From: Candidatus Sumerlaeaceae bacterium
Lineage (GTDB): Bacteria; Sumerlaeota; Sumerlaeia; Sumerlaeales; Sumerlaeaceae
NCBI GenBank assembly: GCA_049968255.1
Contig: JBMFRB010000002.1
Location: 192,001 to 256,000 of the forward strand
DNA: 64,000 nt
Reading direction: 5' to 3'
Below are positions 38,498 through 48,166 of the stretch, piece by piece. Under the pieces are notes generated by a model. It was not told the origin of the DNA. It did not search any database and saw only the letters and a list, made by a program, of their open reading frames with translations. Both the position numbers and the translations under genes were made by a program. Position 1 is the stretch's first letter. The number at the start of each line of letters is the position of its first letter.

Positions 38498-39739
38498 ATG
38501 TTGATCGCGTTTTTCACCAACAATTACAAACCGTTCGTCGGGGGGGTTCCCATCGCAGTTGAAAATCTTGCGAAGACCTTGCGTCGGCACGGTCATCGGG
38601 TTCTAATTTTTGCACCCGACTACGACGGGATAACGGCCGATGAAGCGGACGTATTCCGCGTTCTCTCGATCAAGAATTTCAACGATACGCCATTTTCCTT
38701 GCCGTTACCTTTCACTTTGCGCCCAGCTTTCGATCTCGAAGCGCTGAGCGAGGTGGATATCGTTCACGTCCATCATCCATTTTTGCTTGGGATGAGTGGA
38801 TTGCAGCTTGCCCGTGCATACGACGCGCCTGTGGTGTTTACTTACCACACCCAATACGAAAAGTACATCCACTATTTGCCTTTCCCCGAGAAGTGGACTG
38901 CCGAGGTTGCGGTGCGTCTGGCCACGCGTTTCTCAAATTCATGTGACGCGGTCATAGCGCCGAGCAGCGACATCAAGGCTGTGCTCCGTGAGCGAGGCGT
39001 AGAAGTGCCCATTTATGTTATCCCAACGGGCGTAGATTTGCAAAAGTTTCGCGGAGGCGACACCCGATATTTGCGTAAGCGGCTGGCCATTTCCGAGGGA
39101 AACCCTATCGTTCTCACCGTGAGCCGGATCGCCAAAGAGAAGAACCTCCATTTTCTCCTCGATTCGTTCGCCCGCCTTGCTGCGGTCGAGCGCTCTGCAC
39201 ATTTTGTGCTTGTCGGAGAGGGCGACGCCAAGCCCGAGCTTGAACACTATGCGAACGCGTTAGCGTGTCGAGACCGGATACACTTTTTAGGGGGGCTCAG
39301 CGGAAAAGAGCTTGTGAGCGCGTACAAAGGAAGTGACGTGTTCGTTTTCGCCTCAACCACAGAGACACAAGGAATGGTGGTGTTGGAAGCCATGGCATGC
39401 GCGTTGCCGGTGGTCGCTGTGGAAGCAGCGGGAGTACGAGACTTTGTCTCCTCAGGTTGCAACGGGTTTCTTGTGGAAGACGGACGAGCGGAAGACTTCG
39501 CTGAACGAGTGTATGCGCTGCTCGCAGATCCAGACTTGCGCAACAAATTGAGTGAGCAGGCGAAACGAACAGCGCGAAAATGGTCGCTTAGCGCAACAAC
39601 GAAAAAAGTCGAAAAAGTTTACCAAGATCTTCACCGCGATGCAAGGTCTCGTCGCAAGCGCGAGCGTTTTATCATGCTGCGAGAAATCGTGGGTTACCAG
39701 TTCAAAAAACTGATGGAAGAACTGGAAGAACTGTTTTAA
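38498..39739 (+). CDS. GT4 glycosyltransferase (diacylglycerol glucosyltransferase-like)
   Basis: YKPFVGGV, DIVHVHHPF, FTYHTQYEKY, IPTGVD, SRIAKEKN and ETQGMVVLEAMA (EX7E). Confidence 0.93.
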   Translation: MLIAFFTNNYKPFVGGVPIAVENLAKTLRRHGHRVLIFAPDYDGITADEADVFRVLSIKNFNDTPFSLPLPFTLRPAFDLEALSEVDIVHVHHPFLLGMSGLQLARAYDAPVVFTYHTQYEKYIHYLPFPEKWTAEVAVRLATRFSNSCDAVIAPSSDIKAVLRERGVEVPIYVIPTGVDLQKFRGGDTRYLRKRLAISEGNPIVLTVSRIAKEKNLHFLLDSFARLAAVERSAHFVLVGEGDAKPELEHYANALACRDRIHFLGGLSGKELVSAYKGSDVFVFASTTETQGMVVLEAMACALPVVAVEAAGVRDFVSSGCNGFLVEDGRAEDFAERVYALLADPDLRNKLSEQAKRTARKWSLSATTKKVEKVYQDLHRDARSRRKRERFIMLREIVGYQFKKLMEELEELF

Positions 39740-39916
39740 GATATCGCCAAAGAGTTTTTCTTTCATAAACGGCCAATGTAAATCTATTATCAGTATTTTT
39801 TTTGGGGCGATGCTAGTGAGTATTCGCCATTATGAATGAAGAGACGATAATTTTTGCAGAGACTATAATAGGATTTCAAAACATTTTCATCGATTGTGCA
39901 CCCAAGGAGCTACGGT

Positions 39917-40741
39917 ATGAAGATAAAGACCAGCTTTCCTATCGCAGCGGTGAGTGGACGGATGGGAGACTCGGATCTTGTCATCGTCAAGCGTGGCGAC
40001 AAATGCTATGCGCGACGCTACGCGGCGCCAAAAAATCCTCAGAGTAAGGATCAAGTCGCTGTGCGAAGGTTCCTTTCTAACGCGACAAAGACTTGGGGTT
40101 CTCTTACTCCAATCCAGCGCGAAGGGTGGGAAAAGTATGCAAAAGAGTTTTCTGAAGCAATCGTCGGAGAAATATTATCGGCTTATAATATGTTTTCAAA
40201 AGTTCAGTATTACCGTCAGGCACTGGGCCAGCCACTTCTTCTCGATCCTCCGACGCTGCCGCCTCCTTTGCCTCCCCACGGCATCAAACTTCGACCGGCG
40301 GGCGCTCCTGACGAATTCCGCTTCCAACTTGAGCACGGTATCGTTGAGCGGGCCCACTACGTGGTCGGCTTCGAGATCACGCCAGCCATGCCGTCTCCAG
40401 GGCGAAAACCTCGGAACATAGAATTTCGAATGATCCGCCATGTGGGGCCTGAATCGTTTTTCGCTCTCCTTGCGCCCACAGGGACTTACATCATTTCCGG
40501 CGCCCGTTTTGCGGTAGATCATGCCCAGCGTTTTGGCGTTCGCGCGCGCATTGTTTCCTTTGAAGGTGTTCCCAGCAGACCTGTGGCAGGAGATTTCTTG
40601 AAAATCATTCAGTGGGGCCTGAAGCCACACAGAGAGGAGCAGGATGAGCCCGACCTCTTCTCGGTTCTGTCGACGGATGCCACGGAGCTCTTAACAGACG
40701 CTTATCCTGAGACCAAAGCAAAGGGACTAAAGAAAAAATAA
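39917..40741 (+). CDS. Hypothetical protein with a basic N-terminal domain (DUF6266-like) and a beta-rich C-terminal domain
   Basis: SD AAGGAG; TATAAT at 39864 in an AT-rich upstream region; SGRMG...YARRY..PKNPQS..Q...R......W..L...Q...W..YA pattern. Confidence 0.8.
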   Translation: MKIKTSFPIAAVSGRMGDSDLVIVKRGDKCYARRYAAPKNPQSKDQVAVRRFLSNATKTWGSLTPIQREGWEKYAKEFSEAIVGEILSAYNMFSKVQYYRQALGQPLLLDPPTLPPPLPPHGIKLRPAGAPDEFRFQLEHGIVERAHYVVGFEITPAMPSPGRKPRNIEFRMIRHVGPESFFALLAPTGTYIISGARFAVDHAQRFGVRARIVSFEGVPSRPVAGDFLKIIQWGLKPHREEQDEPDLFSVLSTDATELLTDAYPETKAKGLKKK

Positions 40742-40761
40742 CTGCGAACGCTCAACGTGAA

Positions 40762-42540
40762 ATGCTTGCGGAACTGCACATACAAGGGTTTGCGATTATC
40801 GAGCAAATCGACATCGAGTTTCAGTCAGGGCTTACCATTATCACGGGGGAAACTGGAGCGGGGAAATCGTTGCTTTTAGGAGCTGTTCGGCTACTTCTCG
40901 GAGAAAGAGCCTCCAGCGATTTGGTGGCCTCCGATCGTACGCGGGCACGCGTGCAAGGGATTTTTGAGATAAGCCAGACAGGCCTTCGCAAACACCTTGA
41001 ACGGCTTGGCCTCACAGATTCTTTCGCCGACGACCAACTGGTTCTCCGACGGGAAATTCTTGCGGGCGGGGGATCTCGTCACTATATCAACGATGCTGCA
41101 GTCACTTTGGGGCGGCTGGATGAGCTTGGAAGGCATTTGGTTGCCATCCACGGGCAAAACGACCAGGCCCTTCTTCTTCAGCCCCGGGAGCAACTTGAGC
41201 TTCTGGATGCTTTCGGCCAATGCCAGAGGGATCGCGATGACTACGCGACAGCCTTGGCTCAGGCGCTGGAGACAGCACACCGGCTTGAACATTTATTGAG
41301 CGAGGCCGACGAGCTCGAGAAGATGCGCGATTTTTTGCGTTATCAACTCCGCGAAATTGATGCGGCAAAACTGCATCCCGATGAAGACAAGGAGCTCGAA
41401 ATTGAGTTAGCGCGTCTGCGCCACGCATCACGCATCTTTGAGTGCGTGGGAAGCGCACTTGACCTCCTCTACGAGGGGGAACGGGTCGACGTCACAGCAA
41501 GTCAGCGGCTGGCCGAGGCTGAGTCTTCTCTGGCGGAAGTTGCAAGGTTCGATCCTAAATTAGAGGACTTTTGTCGCCTGCTGAGCGAGCTGAGAATTTC
41601 CTTGGAAAGCCTTGGCGGGGAGTTGCGCGCTTACCAAAGCAACATAGAGATGGATCCGGGATGCTTAGCTCTGCTGGAGGAGCGTGCGCAGCTCATTCGG
41701 AACCTGAGAAGAAAATACGGGACAAATGTCCAGGAGATTCTCGCCACCCGTGAGCGCCTAGCTGCAGAACTCCAGGAGCTTGAGAACTATGAGGTAAATT
41801 TGGCTCACGCGCAGAAGCAGTTTGGCGAAGCCCTGGCGAAATTGAAAGAGGTGGCTCAACGTTTGTCCGAGAAGCGGCGAGCTGCTGCGAAGCGCTTTCA
41901 ACAACGTGTCCAGGAAGAGATGGCCGAGTTGAGTCTTCCTGGGGCCCAGTTTTTGGTCATGGCTGAGCCTCGCTGCGAGCAGGGCGATGAGAGATCGGAG
42001 TATAGTCTAAGCCCTACGGTTGGGACTCTGGAAAAAGATATGCCGGGACAGCCCAGACTGATTCCCCCCGAGTTTGGTCCTGCTGGGATAGATCGTGTAG
42101 AATTCTACGCGCTCATGAACGTAGGCGATGAGCCAAGGCCTTTACGCCGCGTAGCTTCTGGGGGAGAACTAAGCCGCATCATGCTGGCAATCGAATGTGT
42201 ATTGGCCGAACGTGATGCCATCCCGACGCTTGTTTTTGATGAGGTGGACGCTGGGATTAGCGGGCAAGCCGCAGAGAAGGTAGGTAGAAAATTGCTTCAG
42301 CTGGCAAGAAGCCATCAGGTGATCTGCATCACTCATCTGCCACAGATTGCCGCGTGTGGACACCAACACGTGCATGTGGAGAAAACCGTTCAAGCGGGGC
42401 GCACACGCGTCGAAGTGCGGTCAGTCGCAGGTGCGCAACGGGAGCAGGTGATTGCCCACATGCTTTCAGGTCAGCATGGAGACGAAGCTTCGACCGACTT
42501 TGCGCGGCGCCTGCTCAAGCGTTCGTTAGGGCCTGAATGA
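40762..42540 (+). CDS. recN: DNA repair protein RecN
   Basis: ITGETGAGKS Walker A, IHGQ, ASGGELSRIMLA, FDEVDAG and ICITHLPQIAA. Confidence 0.97.
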   Translation: MLAELHIQGFAIIEQIDIEFQSGLTIITGETGAGKSLLLGAVRLLLGERASSDLVASDRTRARVQGIFEISQTGLRKHLERLGLTDSFADDQLVLRREILAGGGSRHYINDAAVTLGRLDELGRHLVAIHGQNDQALLLQPREQLELLDAFGQCQRDRDDYATALAQALETAHRLEHLLSEADELEKMRDFLRYQLREIDAAKLHPDEDKELEIELARLRHASRIFECVGSALDLLYEGERVDVTASQRLAEAESSLAEVARFDPKLEDFCRLLSELRISLESLGGELRAYQSNIEMDPGCLALLEERAQLIRNLRRKYGTNVQEILATRERLAAELQELENYEVNLAHAQKQFGEALAKLKEVAQRLSEKRRAAAKRFQQRVQEEMAELSLPGAQFLVMAEPRCEQGDERSEYSLSPTVGTLEKDMPGQPRLIPPEFGPAGIDRVEFYALMNVGDEPRPLRRVASGGELSRIMLAIECVLAERDAIPTLVFDEVDAGISGQAAEKVGRKLLQLARSHQVICITHLPQIAACGHQHVHVEKTVQAGRTRVEVRSVAGAQREQVIAHMLSGQHGDEASTDFARRLLKRSLGPE

Positions 42541-42576
42541 GCTGGGCACGAAAAATGTATGATTTCGCGGCGTTGA

Positions 42577-42652
42577 GCGGGAGTAGCTCAGTTGGTAGAG
42601 CACTAGCCTTCCAAGCTTGTGGTCGCGGGTTCGAGTCCCGTCTCCCGCTCCA
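42577..42652 (+). tRNA. tRNA-Gly (anticodon TCC)
   Basis: Acceptor stem GCGGGAG/CTCCCGC with TCCA end; anticodon loop CTTCCAA; GTTCGAG T-loop. Confidence 0.97.
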
Positions 42653-42670
42653 TTTTTCGTAAAGGCATAG

Positions 42671-42699
42671 AAAAATGGGCGCAGCGTGATGCTGCGCCC
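42671..42699 (-). terminator. Intrinsic terminator of the hsp20 pair (may also act on the tRNA-Gly transcript)
   Basis: Perfect 9-bp stem GGGCGCAGC / GCTGCGCCC, followed on the minus strand by ATTTTT. Confidence 0.75.
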
Positions 42700-42720
42700 G
42701 CGCTCCTCCCCCTCGAAGCC

Positions 42721-43119
42721 TCAATCACTGATCGCGATTTTCTTTGGCTTTGCCGCTTCTGCCTTTGCGAGCGTGAGCTTGAGCACGCCATTTTCATAGA
42801 CCGCGTTGATCTTTGACGGGTCCAAGCTTTGGCTCAGCACAAACGTGCGTCGGTAGCATCCATGCGGTCGTTCTTGGTGCAAGATTTCCGTGTTGCTTTC
42901 CTCCTCCGATTTGCGCCAGCCGACCACCGACAATTCATCTTGTTCGAGCGTCACCTCGATTTTGTCGCGCTCGACGCCGGGCATCTCGATTTCCACTACC
43001 ACGTGATCATCTACCTCGTAGACCGTGACCGGCGGTTCGATTGTTGGCGGGCGCCGTCCCCGTCCCTGCGTGCCCTGCTCCGCAACGGCCTCCGGATTGC
43101 GTTTCACGACCTTGTCCAT
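42721..43119 (-). CDS. Small heat-shock protein Hsp20
   Basis: EMPGV, YRRTFVL and YENGVLKLTLAK...PKKIAI; SD GGAGG. Confidence 0.93.
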   Translation of the reverse strand: MDKVVKRNPEAVAEQGTQGRGRRPPTIEPPVTVYEVDDHVVVEIEMPGVERDKIEVTLEQDELSVVGWRKSEEESNTEILHQERPHGCYRRTFVLSQSLDPSKINAVYENGVLKLTLAKAEAAKPKKIAISD

Positions 43120-43143
43120 GCTCACACCTCCTTTCCCTGCCCC

Positions 43144-43599
43144 TTATTTGACCTCGATCGCAATCTGACGCGGCTTTGCCTCCTCACGCAGCGGCGCCGT
43201 GATCTCGAGCACGCCATCCGTAAATTTTGCTGCAATCTTTTCGGCGTCTACCGGATCTGGGAACTCCACCACCCGCTCGAACGAGCCAAATACTCGCTCG
43301 CGGCGATGATATGTCCCCTCTTTTGCCTCTGCCTCATGCTTTTTGGTTCCACGAATGAAGAGCCGGTTGTTGAGAACCGAAAGCTCGATATCGTCCTTTT
43401 TCACACCTGGCAGATCTACCCGCACGACATAACGATCTCCTTCCCGCAGCACATCGAGCGGCGGAACAAGATCGCCTTCGAACAAGGCAGTGCTCGATAC
43501 CGGTGCCAGCGTTTGGCTGAAGAGGCGGTTGACTTCCTCTTGCAACGTCATGAGTTCTTTCCATGGATTCCACCCGCGGCTCCTAACTGGAAGTGTCAT
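43144..43599 (-). CDS. Small heat-shock protein Hsp20
   Basis: PPLDV, DLPGV, ERVFGSFER, FTDGVLEI and PRQIAI; SD AAGGAGG. Confidence 0.95.
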   Translation of the reverse strand: MTLPVRSRGWNPWKELMTLQEEVNRLFSQTLAPVSSTALFEGDLVPPLDVLREGDRYVVRVDLPGVKKDDIELSVLNNRLFIRGTKKHEAEAKEGTYHRRERVFGSFERVVEFPDPVDAEKIAAKFTDGVLEITAPLREEAKPRQIAIEVK

Positions 43600-43826
43600 T
43601 GGTGTTCCCTCCTTTCTCTGTTGCTTCCGCAACTGCTCGAAAGCACCTAATATGCCGTCTGTCAGCTATGTGTTGTATATTGTAAAAAGGTAACTTATAT
43701 GAAATAATCCGGCCTCTTTTCGAATTATGCCTAAAAATCGAGTCGTCAGGAAACACATTAGCGTGAGCTGCCCCAAAAACGCTTCATTAGGCCACAGTGG
43801 GAATGCGCAAAGCATCTTGCGGATAC

Positions 43827-45005
43827 ATGAGCGCAATGGCAAATTGGACCCTACTCATCGTTGGGGCGCTAGTGGGCGCATGGATCTGGCTTCTGTTCGA
43901 AGGGTTGCGTTTCCGAAAATGTGGTCGCTACTTGGAAACGCTGCCCTTGCCAAGTGAGGGCGAAGACGAGCTGCCAAAAATCTCGGTGGTCATTGCCGCG
44001 CGAAATGAGCAGGAGCGCATCGAAAGCTGCGTCGGCTCGCTATTCACCCAGCATTATCTTCCGCACGATGTGATCGTGGTAGATGATCGGTCGGAGGACG
44101 AGACCCCAACGATTTTAGCGCGTTTGCAAGCTAGCTTCGGCAGGCGTCTCAAGGTTTTGCGGGTCGAAACGCTCCCCGAGGGTTGGCTTGGAAAGTGTCA
44201 TGCTCTTCATTACGGCGCAAGTCAGGCCGAAGGTGACTACATCCTCTTTACGGATGCCGACGTAAGCTTCGCAAGCGACGTCTTGGGTAAAACTGTTAAG
44301 TACGTAAAAAGCGAGGACGTGGATTTCTTATGTGTTTTCCCCAAAATGGAATTGAAAAATTTTGGTGAGAAGCTTTTTGCGCTTGGTTTCGGCCAACTCT
44401 TCTTTGTAGCCTTTCGACCCCACCGCGCGGAGGCCAAACACTCTCCTGCATTTGTAGGGGTGGGAGCTTTCAACCTAATCCGTCGCCGTCTCTATGAGCG
44501 GTTTGGAGGCCATTCGCTACTTCGCTTGACGGTCGTAGATGATGTGGCGTTGGGGAAAATGGCCAAGTATGCTGGCGGCAAGGTTCGGCTTCTCCACACT
44601 CACGGTTCGGTTTGCGTGCGGTGGCAAAAAGGTTTGTGGGGATCGATTACAGGAGTCGAAAAGAATGCTTTCGCCGGTTTACGCTACTCGTGGTGGCGCA
44701 CGCTGGCTGCCACGTCGGTTGTCTTATTCCTCTGGTGGGGGCCCTGGATTTTGACACTGTCGCCCAGCGGTGGGGTCTCCCGCGTTATGGCAACGCTCGC
44801 CTGTATTCTCGAAGTGGGCTTAGCGTTGGGCGTGTGTCTGGGGTTGGAGATCAACACTGCCTTTAGTTTGCTCTCTCCGCTTGCTGTTGGGTTATGTGCT
44901 TTTGCGCTCCTTCGTTCCGCGTGGCTCACTACGGTGCACAGGGGAATCAACTGGCGCGGGACACATTACCCGTTAGACACGCTGAAAAAATATGACAAGC
45001 TGTGA
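43827..45005 (+). CDS. GT2 glycosyltransferase, membrane-bound (HpnB/CrtQ-like)
   Basis: SVVIAARNE, VDDRSED, PEGWLGK, FTDAD, DDVALG and WRG near the C-terminus. Confidence 0.9.
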   Translation: MSAMANWTLLIVGALVGAWIWLLFEGLRFRKCGRYLETLPLPSEGEDELPKISVVIAARNEQERIESCVGSLFTQHYLPHDVIVVDDRSEDETPTILARLQASFGRRLKVLRVETLPEGWLGKCHALHYGASQAEGDYILFTDADVSFASDVLGKTVKYVKSEDVDFLCVFPKMELKNFGEKLFALGFGQLFFVAFRPHRAEAKHSPAFVGVGAFNLIRRRLYERFGGHSLLRLTVVDDVALGKMAKYAGGKVRLLHTHGSVCVRWQKGLWGSITGVEKNAFAGLRYSWWRTLAATSVVLFLWWGPWILTLSPSGGVSRVMATLACILEVGLALGVCLGLEINTAFSLLSPLAVGLCAFALLRSAWLTTVHRGINWRGTHYPLDTLKKYDKL

Positions 45006-45231
45006 AAAGATGAAGGTCGCCTGGGTTCTGGTTCCCTTTGCCTTTGCGGTGATTGCTGCACATCCTCGTGGAAACTCTAGCTAGTTTACTGGGGGAGTGA
45101 TTGTCGTTGCATCACGCTCTCGAGTTTGTATGGCGTATTGTTCAATGCTAAATGAAGTGACAAGATTTCTACCGAGTGGGGGGGTGAGTGCATTATGAAT
45201 GGCGCCCACATCGTAAGCAAGGAGCTTTCTT

Positions 45232-48135
45232 ATGCGTTTACTTATGCCTAGTCTCGAAACGTTGGTTCTGCTTGGATGGTGTGTGATGACAGTCTTCTCC
45301 AGCCCTGAGAGTTCGCTCGCGAAAAGCCCTCAACCGGTAAGCATCGACATAGATGGGCTGCGCGTTGAATGCACCCGTCCCGAGGATTTGTCGCTCAGTG
45401 TGGACGGAATCCCTTTTCTCGCGGCTCCCCAGCTCTATGTGGTCGCCAAGAATTGGAGTAGGAAGTACTATGCGTTCGAAGACGACGCGCAGTGCCTTAC
45501 GGGCCGTCGCCTGGAGAGGACGACGAGCGGAGGAGTGCAAATCATTTTTTCCCTTCAGAGCCCCAATGACGACTTCAAAGGCCAGCTGATCTATGAGATA
45601 GGGCGAGAAAAGAGATTTTGTGTTTTCGTCCGCGGTGAGCTTACCAGCCACACCGAAGCACGAATTGAACACCGTTTCGGACTGTGTGCGCCGGGGTGGT
45701 TTGTTGGCAGAACATGGCAGGCACTCAGCCAGGATGGTTCAACAACCACCGGTGTTGCTCCTATCCTCGCCCGTAGTGGGTCGCTCAAAGAGATGACGCT
45801 TGTTGAATCTTTTCGAGAACTTGCCATCGCCTCAAGGCTGTACTCTCTACTGGTGAGATCACACGGCGACTATCGATTTGCTCTTTTAGATTACCGAGAA
45901 AGTCCCTACAATGGGGGTGAGCTCTGCTACTGGCTGGGAATTCTCGAGAGCAAGATCGAATTATGCCGGCCGTTCGAGTACGGGGTCGAAATCAATTTCG
46001 CGGCGCGTCCAGGGCGACTGGCAAGTGGGGTCAAGACGACCACGGAGCCAGTTCGTCCTGTAGACATTGTACTTTGCGCCGATCACGGTGTGGACCGGAT
46101 TTTACCACAGCCCAAAAGGTTCCTCAGGCACGAAGGAGAAACTCCGATCCCGTCGCGCTGGAGCGTTGTGTTGAAGGGAGCGCAGCCTCTCGTTGAGCAA
46201 CGAGAGGCACGGGATCTCATTGGTCGCATTTTGGCCACGGAAGCAGGCCGTTTTGGGACAAGTTTGGAATTCACGGCAAAAACTTCCCATGATGCTTCCG
46301 CGCTCCAGATCGAATTTACAGAAGCTGCCCGCCGCGCGGAGCAAGCGGGAAAATTCGACTATTATCGGCTTTTTGCGGGCGCTGGCGGTGTCCACATCGA
46401 AGTGGGAACGACGGGTGGTTTGCGTTGCAGTTTGGCTTCCTTGATCCAGTTGCTGCAATGGCGGAACGGGCGTGCATGCATTGCGCATTGTGACATCGAA
46501 GATTTCAGCGATATGCCTGTGCGAGCTGTGCACTTTTTTACCGGCAAGAACGGGCGAGATCTGCAAATCAACATGCTGCGCTCCGTGCTACTGCCCCTAA
46601 AGTTTAACATGATCATTTATCAATGTGATTATCTTGAATGGGAGTCGGTCCCGCAACTGCGCCATGAGCGCTACGGAATGTCGAAAGCTGAGGCACGGGC
46701 TGTGATCGAGGAAGCCAGGCGTCTTGGTTTCGAAGTTGTGCCGCTCGTAAACACCTTTGGTCACTGCGAATGGCTACTTGAGAACGATCACTTTCGTCAT
46801 CTTGCTGACAATCCCGCCAGACCTTACGCCTATGACCCATCGAATCCCCAGGTCTACGAAATCTGCGAGCGGATTTATTCGGAGGCGATCGATCTGTTCC
46901 GTCCGCGATTGTTCCACATCGGTCATGACGAGGTAACGCTTTACGGTTTTCCCGAAAAGCCTGCAAACAAGCAACGTGGCGCTGAGAGACTCTTTTACGA
47001 GGATACTCTGCACTATTACGAGTGGCTACGTTCTCGTGGGGTGCGCATGATGATGTGGGGCGATCAACTTCTCGCACCCGGTGAAGGTGCGGGGGCAACA
47101 CTTGCCCATAGTAAAGAACAGGCGAAATGGCTGCGCGAAGTACTTCCGAAAGATATCATTATCGCCGACTGGCATTATGATCCAAATCCCCCCGAGGAAT
47201 TTACGAATCTCCGCGTGCTCACGGAGGCGGGTTTTGACGTTTTGGCGTGCACGTGGTATTCGCCGCTCAATATCCTGCGATTTGCCAAAGCAGTCGAAAT
47301 TGAACGCCGGCGCGTGGCTTCTGTTTCAAAGCAAGGGCCTCGCCAAGGCGAAGTGCTCGGCCTCATGCAGACAACGTGGGCGGGTTACTCTTTTGATCAA
47401 GAATCTTTCGACTCGTCGCTGGATCAGTATGCTGCATATGTGCTTGCTGGCCAGGCCGCATGGACTGGCGGCGCACACGAGTTGCGAGAAGTGCCTTTTG
47501 ACTATCGTCAAGAATTCGCCAGGCTGTGGACTCGCGAACTTCTTCCCCCCGTTGAGAGGAAAGGATGGGTGGCAAATCTCTCGGCTGCAGCTAATTTGCC
47601 GCTTGACGGGTCGAAGTTCTGCGAGTTCGTTGTTGGTGATGCACACTCCAGCAGTTTTGCGGGGTTGGAGCCAGGGGAGCAGCAGTTAGGACGTTGGAAG
47701 GTCAGTATTCCCCGCGTTGGTACTGGGCCTGGAGCCGTGCTTTTTGAAGGCCAATTCAATCCTGAGGGACCATGGCTCAGAGAGCTCACGGTGCCAGTCA
47801 ACAGGCCAGCTCAGGCACTGTTTTTCGTGGTCGCTTCAACTGTGGGCGGACCGCGCATGGCCCCGATTGCAGTTACGACGGTCGAGTTTGACGATAGTTC
47901 CACTGCGTCTCTCAAATGGCGCCCCGGCGTGACCGTTTTCGGCTTGGAAGATGGGCGCAGCGCGCCGCGTGTTCCTGTGGTGTGGCAAAACCAGGAGCAA
48001 GGAAAAGCACCGCGATATGTGCATGGTTATGTGTGGAAGAATCCGTCTCCTGAAAAAGCGATCAAATGTGTAAAAACGGAAACAACTTACCGCGGTGGGG
48101 CTCTGCTTCTCTTTGCGCTCAGTGGGTTAGAGTAA
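45232..48135 (+). CDS. Secreted GH20 beta-N-acetylhexosaminidase with extra N- and C-terminal domains
   Basis: Signal peptide; VPLVNTFGH, FHIGHDEV (catalytic DE pair), MMWGD, DWHY and TTW. Confidence 0.9.
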   Translation: MRLLMPSLETLVLLGWCVMTVFSSPESSLAKSPQPVSIDIDGLRVECTRPEDLSLSVDGIPFLAAPQLYVVAKNWSRKYYAFEDDAQCLTGRRLERTTSGGVQIIFSLQSPNDDFKGQLIYEIGREKRFCVFVRGELTSHTEARIEHRFGLCAPGWFVGRTWQALSQDGSTTTGVAPILARSGSLKEMTLVESFRELAIASRLYSLLVRSHGDYRFALLDYRESPYNGGELCYWLGILESKIELCRPFEYGVEINFAARPGRLASGVKTTTEPVRPVDIVLCADHGVDRILPQPKRFLRHEGETPIPSRWSVVLKGAQPLVEQREARDLIGRILATEAGRFGTSLEFTAKTSHDASALQIEFTEAARRAEQAGKFDYYRLFAGAGGVHIEVGTTGGLRCSLASLIQLLQWRNGRACIAHCDIEDFSDMPVRAVHFFTGKNGRDLQINMLRSVLLPLKFNMIIYQCDYLEWESVPQLRHERYGMSKAEARAVIEEARRLGFEVVPLVNTFGHCEWLLENDHFRHLADNPARPYAYDPSNPQVYEICERIYSEAIDLFRPRLFHIGHDEVTLYGFPEKPANKQRGAERLFYEDTLHYYEWLRSRGVRMMMWGDQLLAPGEGAGATLAHSKEQAKWLREVLPKDIIIADWHYDPNPPEEFTNLRVLTEAGFDVLACTWYSPLNILRFAKAVEIERRRVASVSKQGPRQGEVLGLMQTTWAGYSFDQESFDSSLDQYAAYVLAGQAAWTGGAHELREVPFDYRQEFARLWTRELLPPVERKGWVANLSAAANLPLDGSKFCEFVVGDAHSSSFAGLEPGEQQLGRWKVSIPRVGTGPGAVLFEGQFNPEGPWLRELTVPVNRPAQALFFVVASTVGGPRMAPIAVTTVEFDDSSTASLKWRPGVTVFGLEDGRSAPRVPVVWQNQEQGKAPRYVHGYVWKNPSPEKAIKCVKTETTYRGGALLLFALSGLE

Positions 48136-48166
48136 AGGATAGCAGTGCTTAGCCAGAGCTGCCCCG

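Noticed and set aside
42829-43650. 273-aa plus-strand ORF
   Set aside because: Antisense to the two well-supported hsp20 genes.
43600-43830. CIRCE/HrcA operator upstream of hsp20 (also checked upstream of the J-domain/Hsp70 pair and the TTAGCAC at 59064)
   Set aside because: No TTAGCACTC-N9-GAGTGCTAA; only partial half-sites.
45010-45084. 24-aa hydrophobic sORF MKVAWVLVPFAFAVIAAHPRGNSS
   Set aside because: No SD and too short to support from sequence alone; may be chance.
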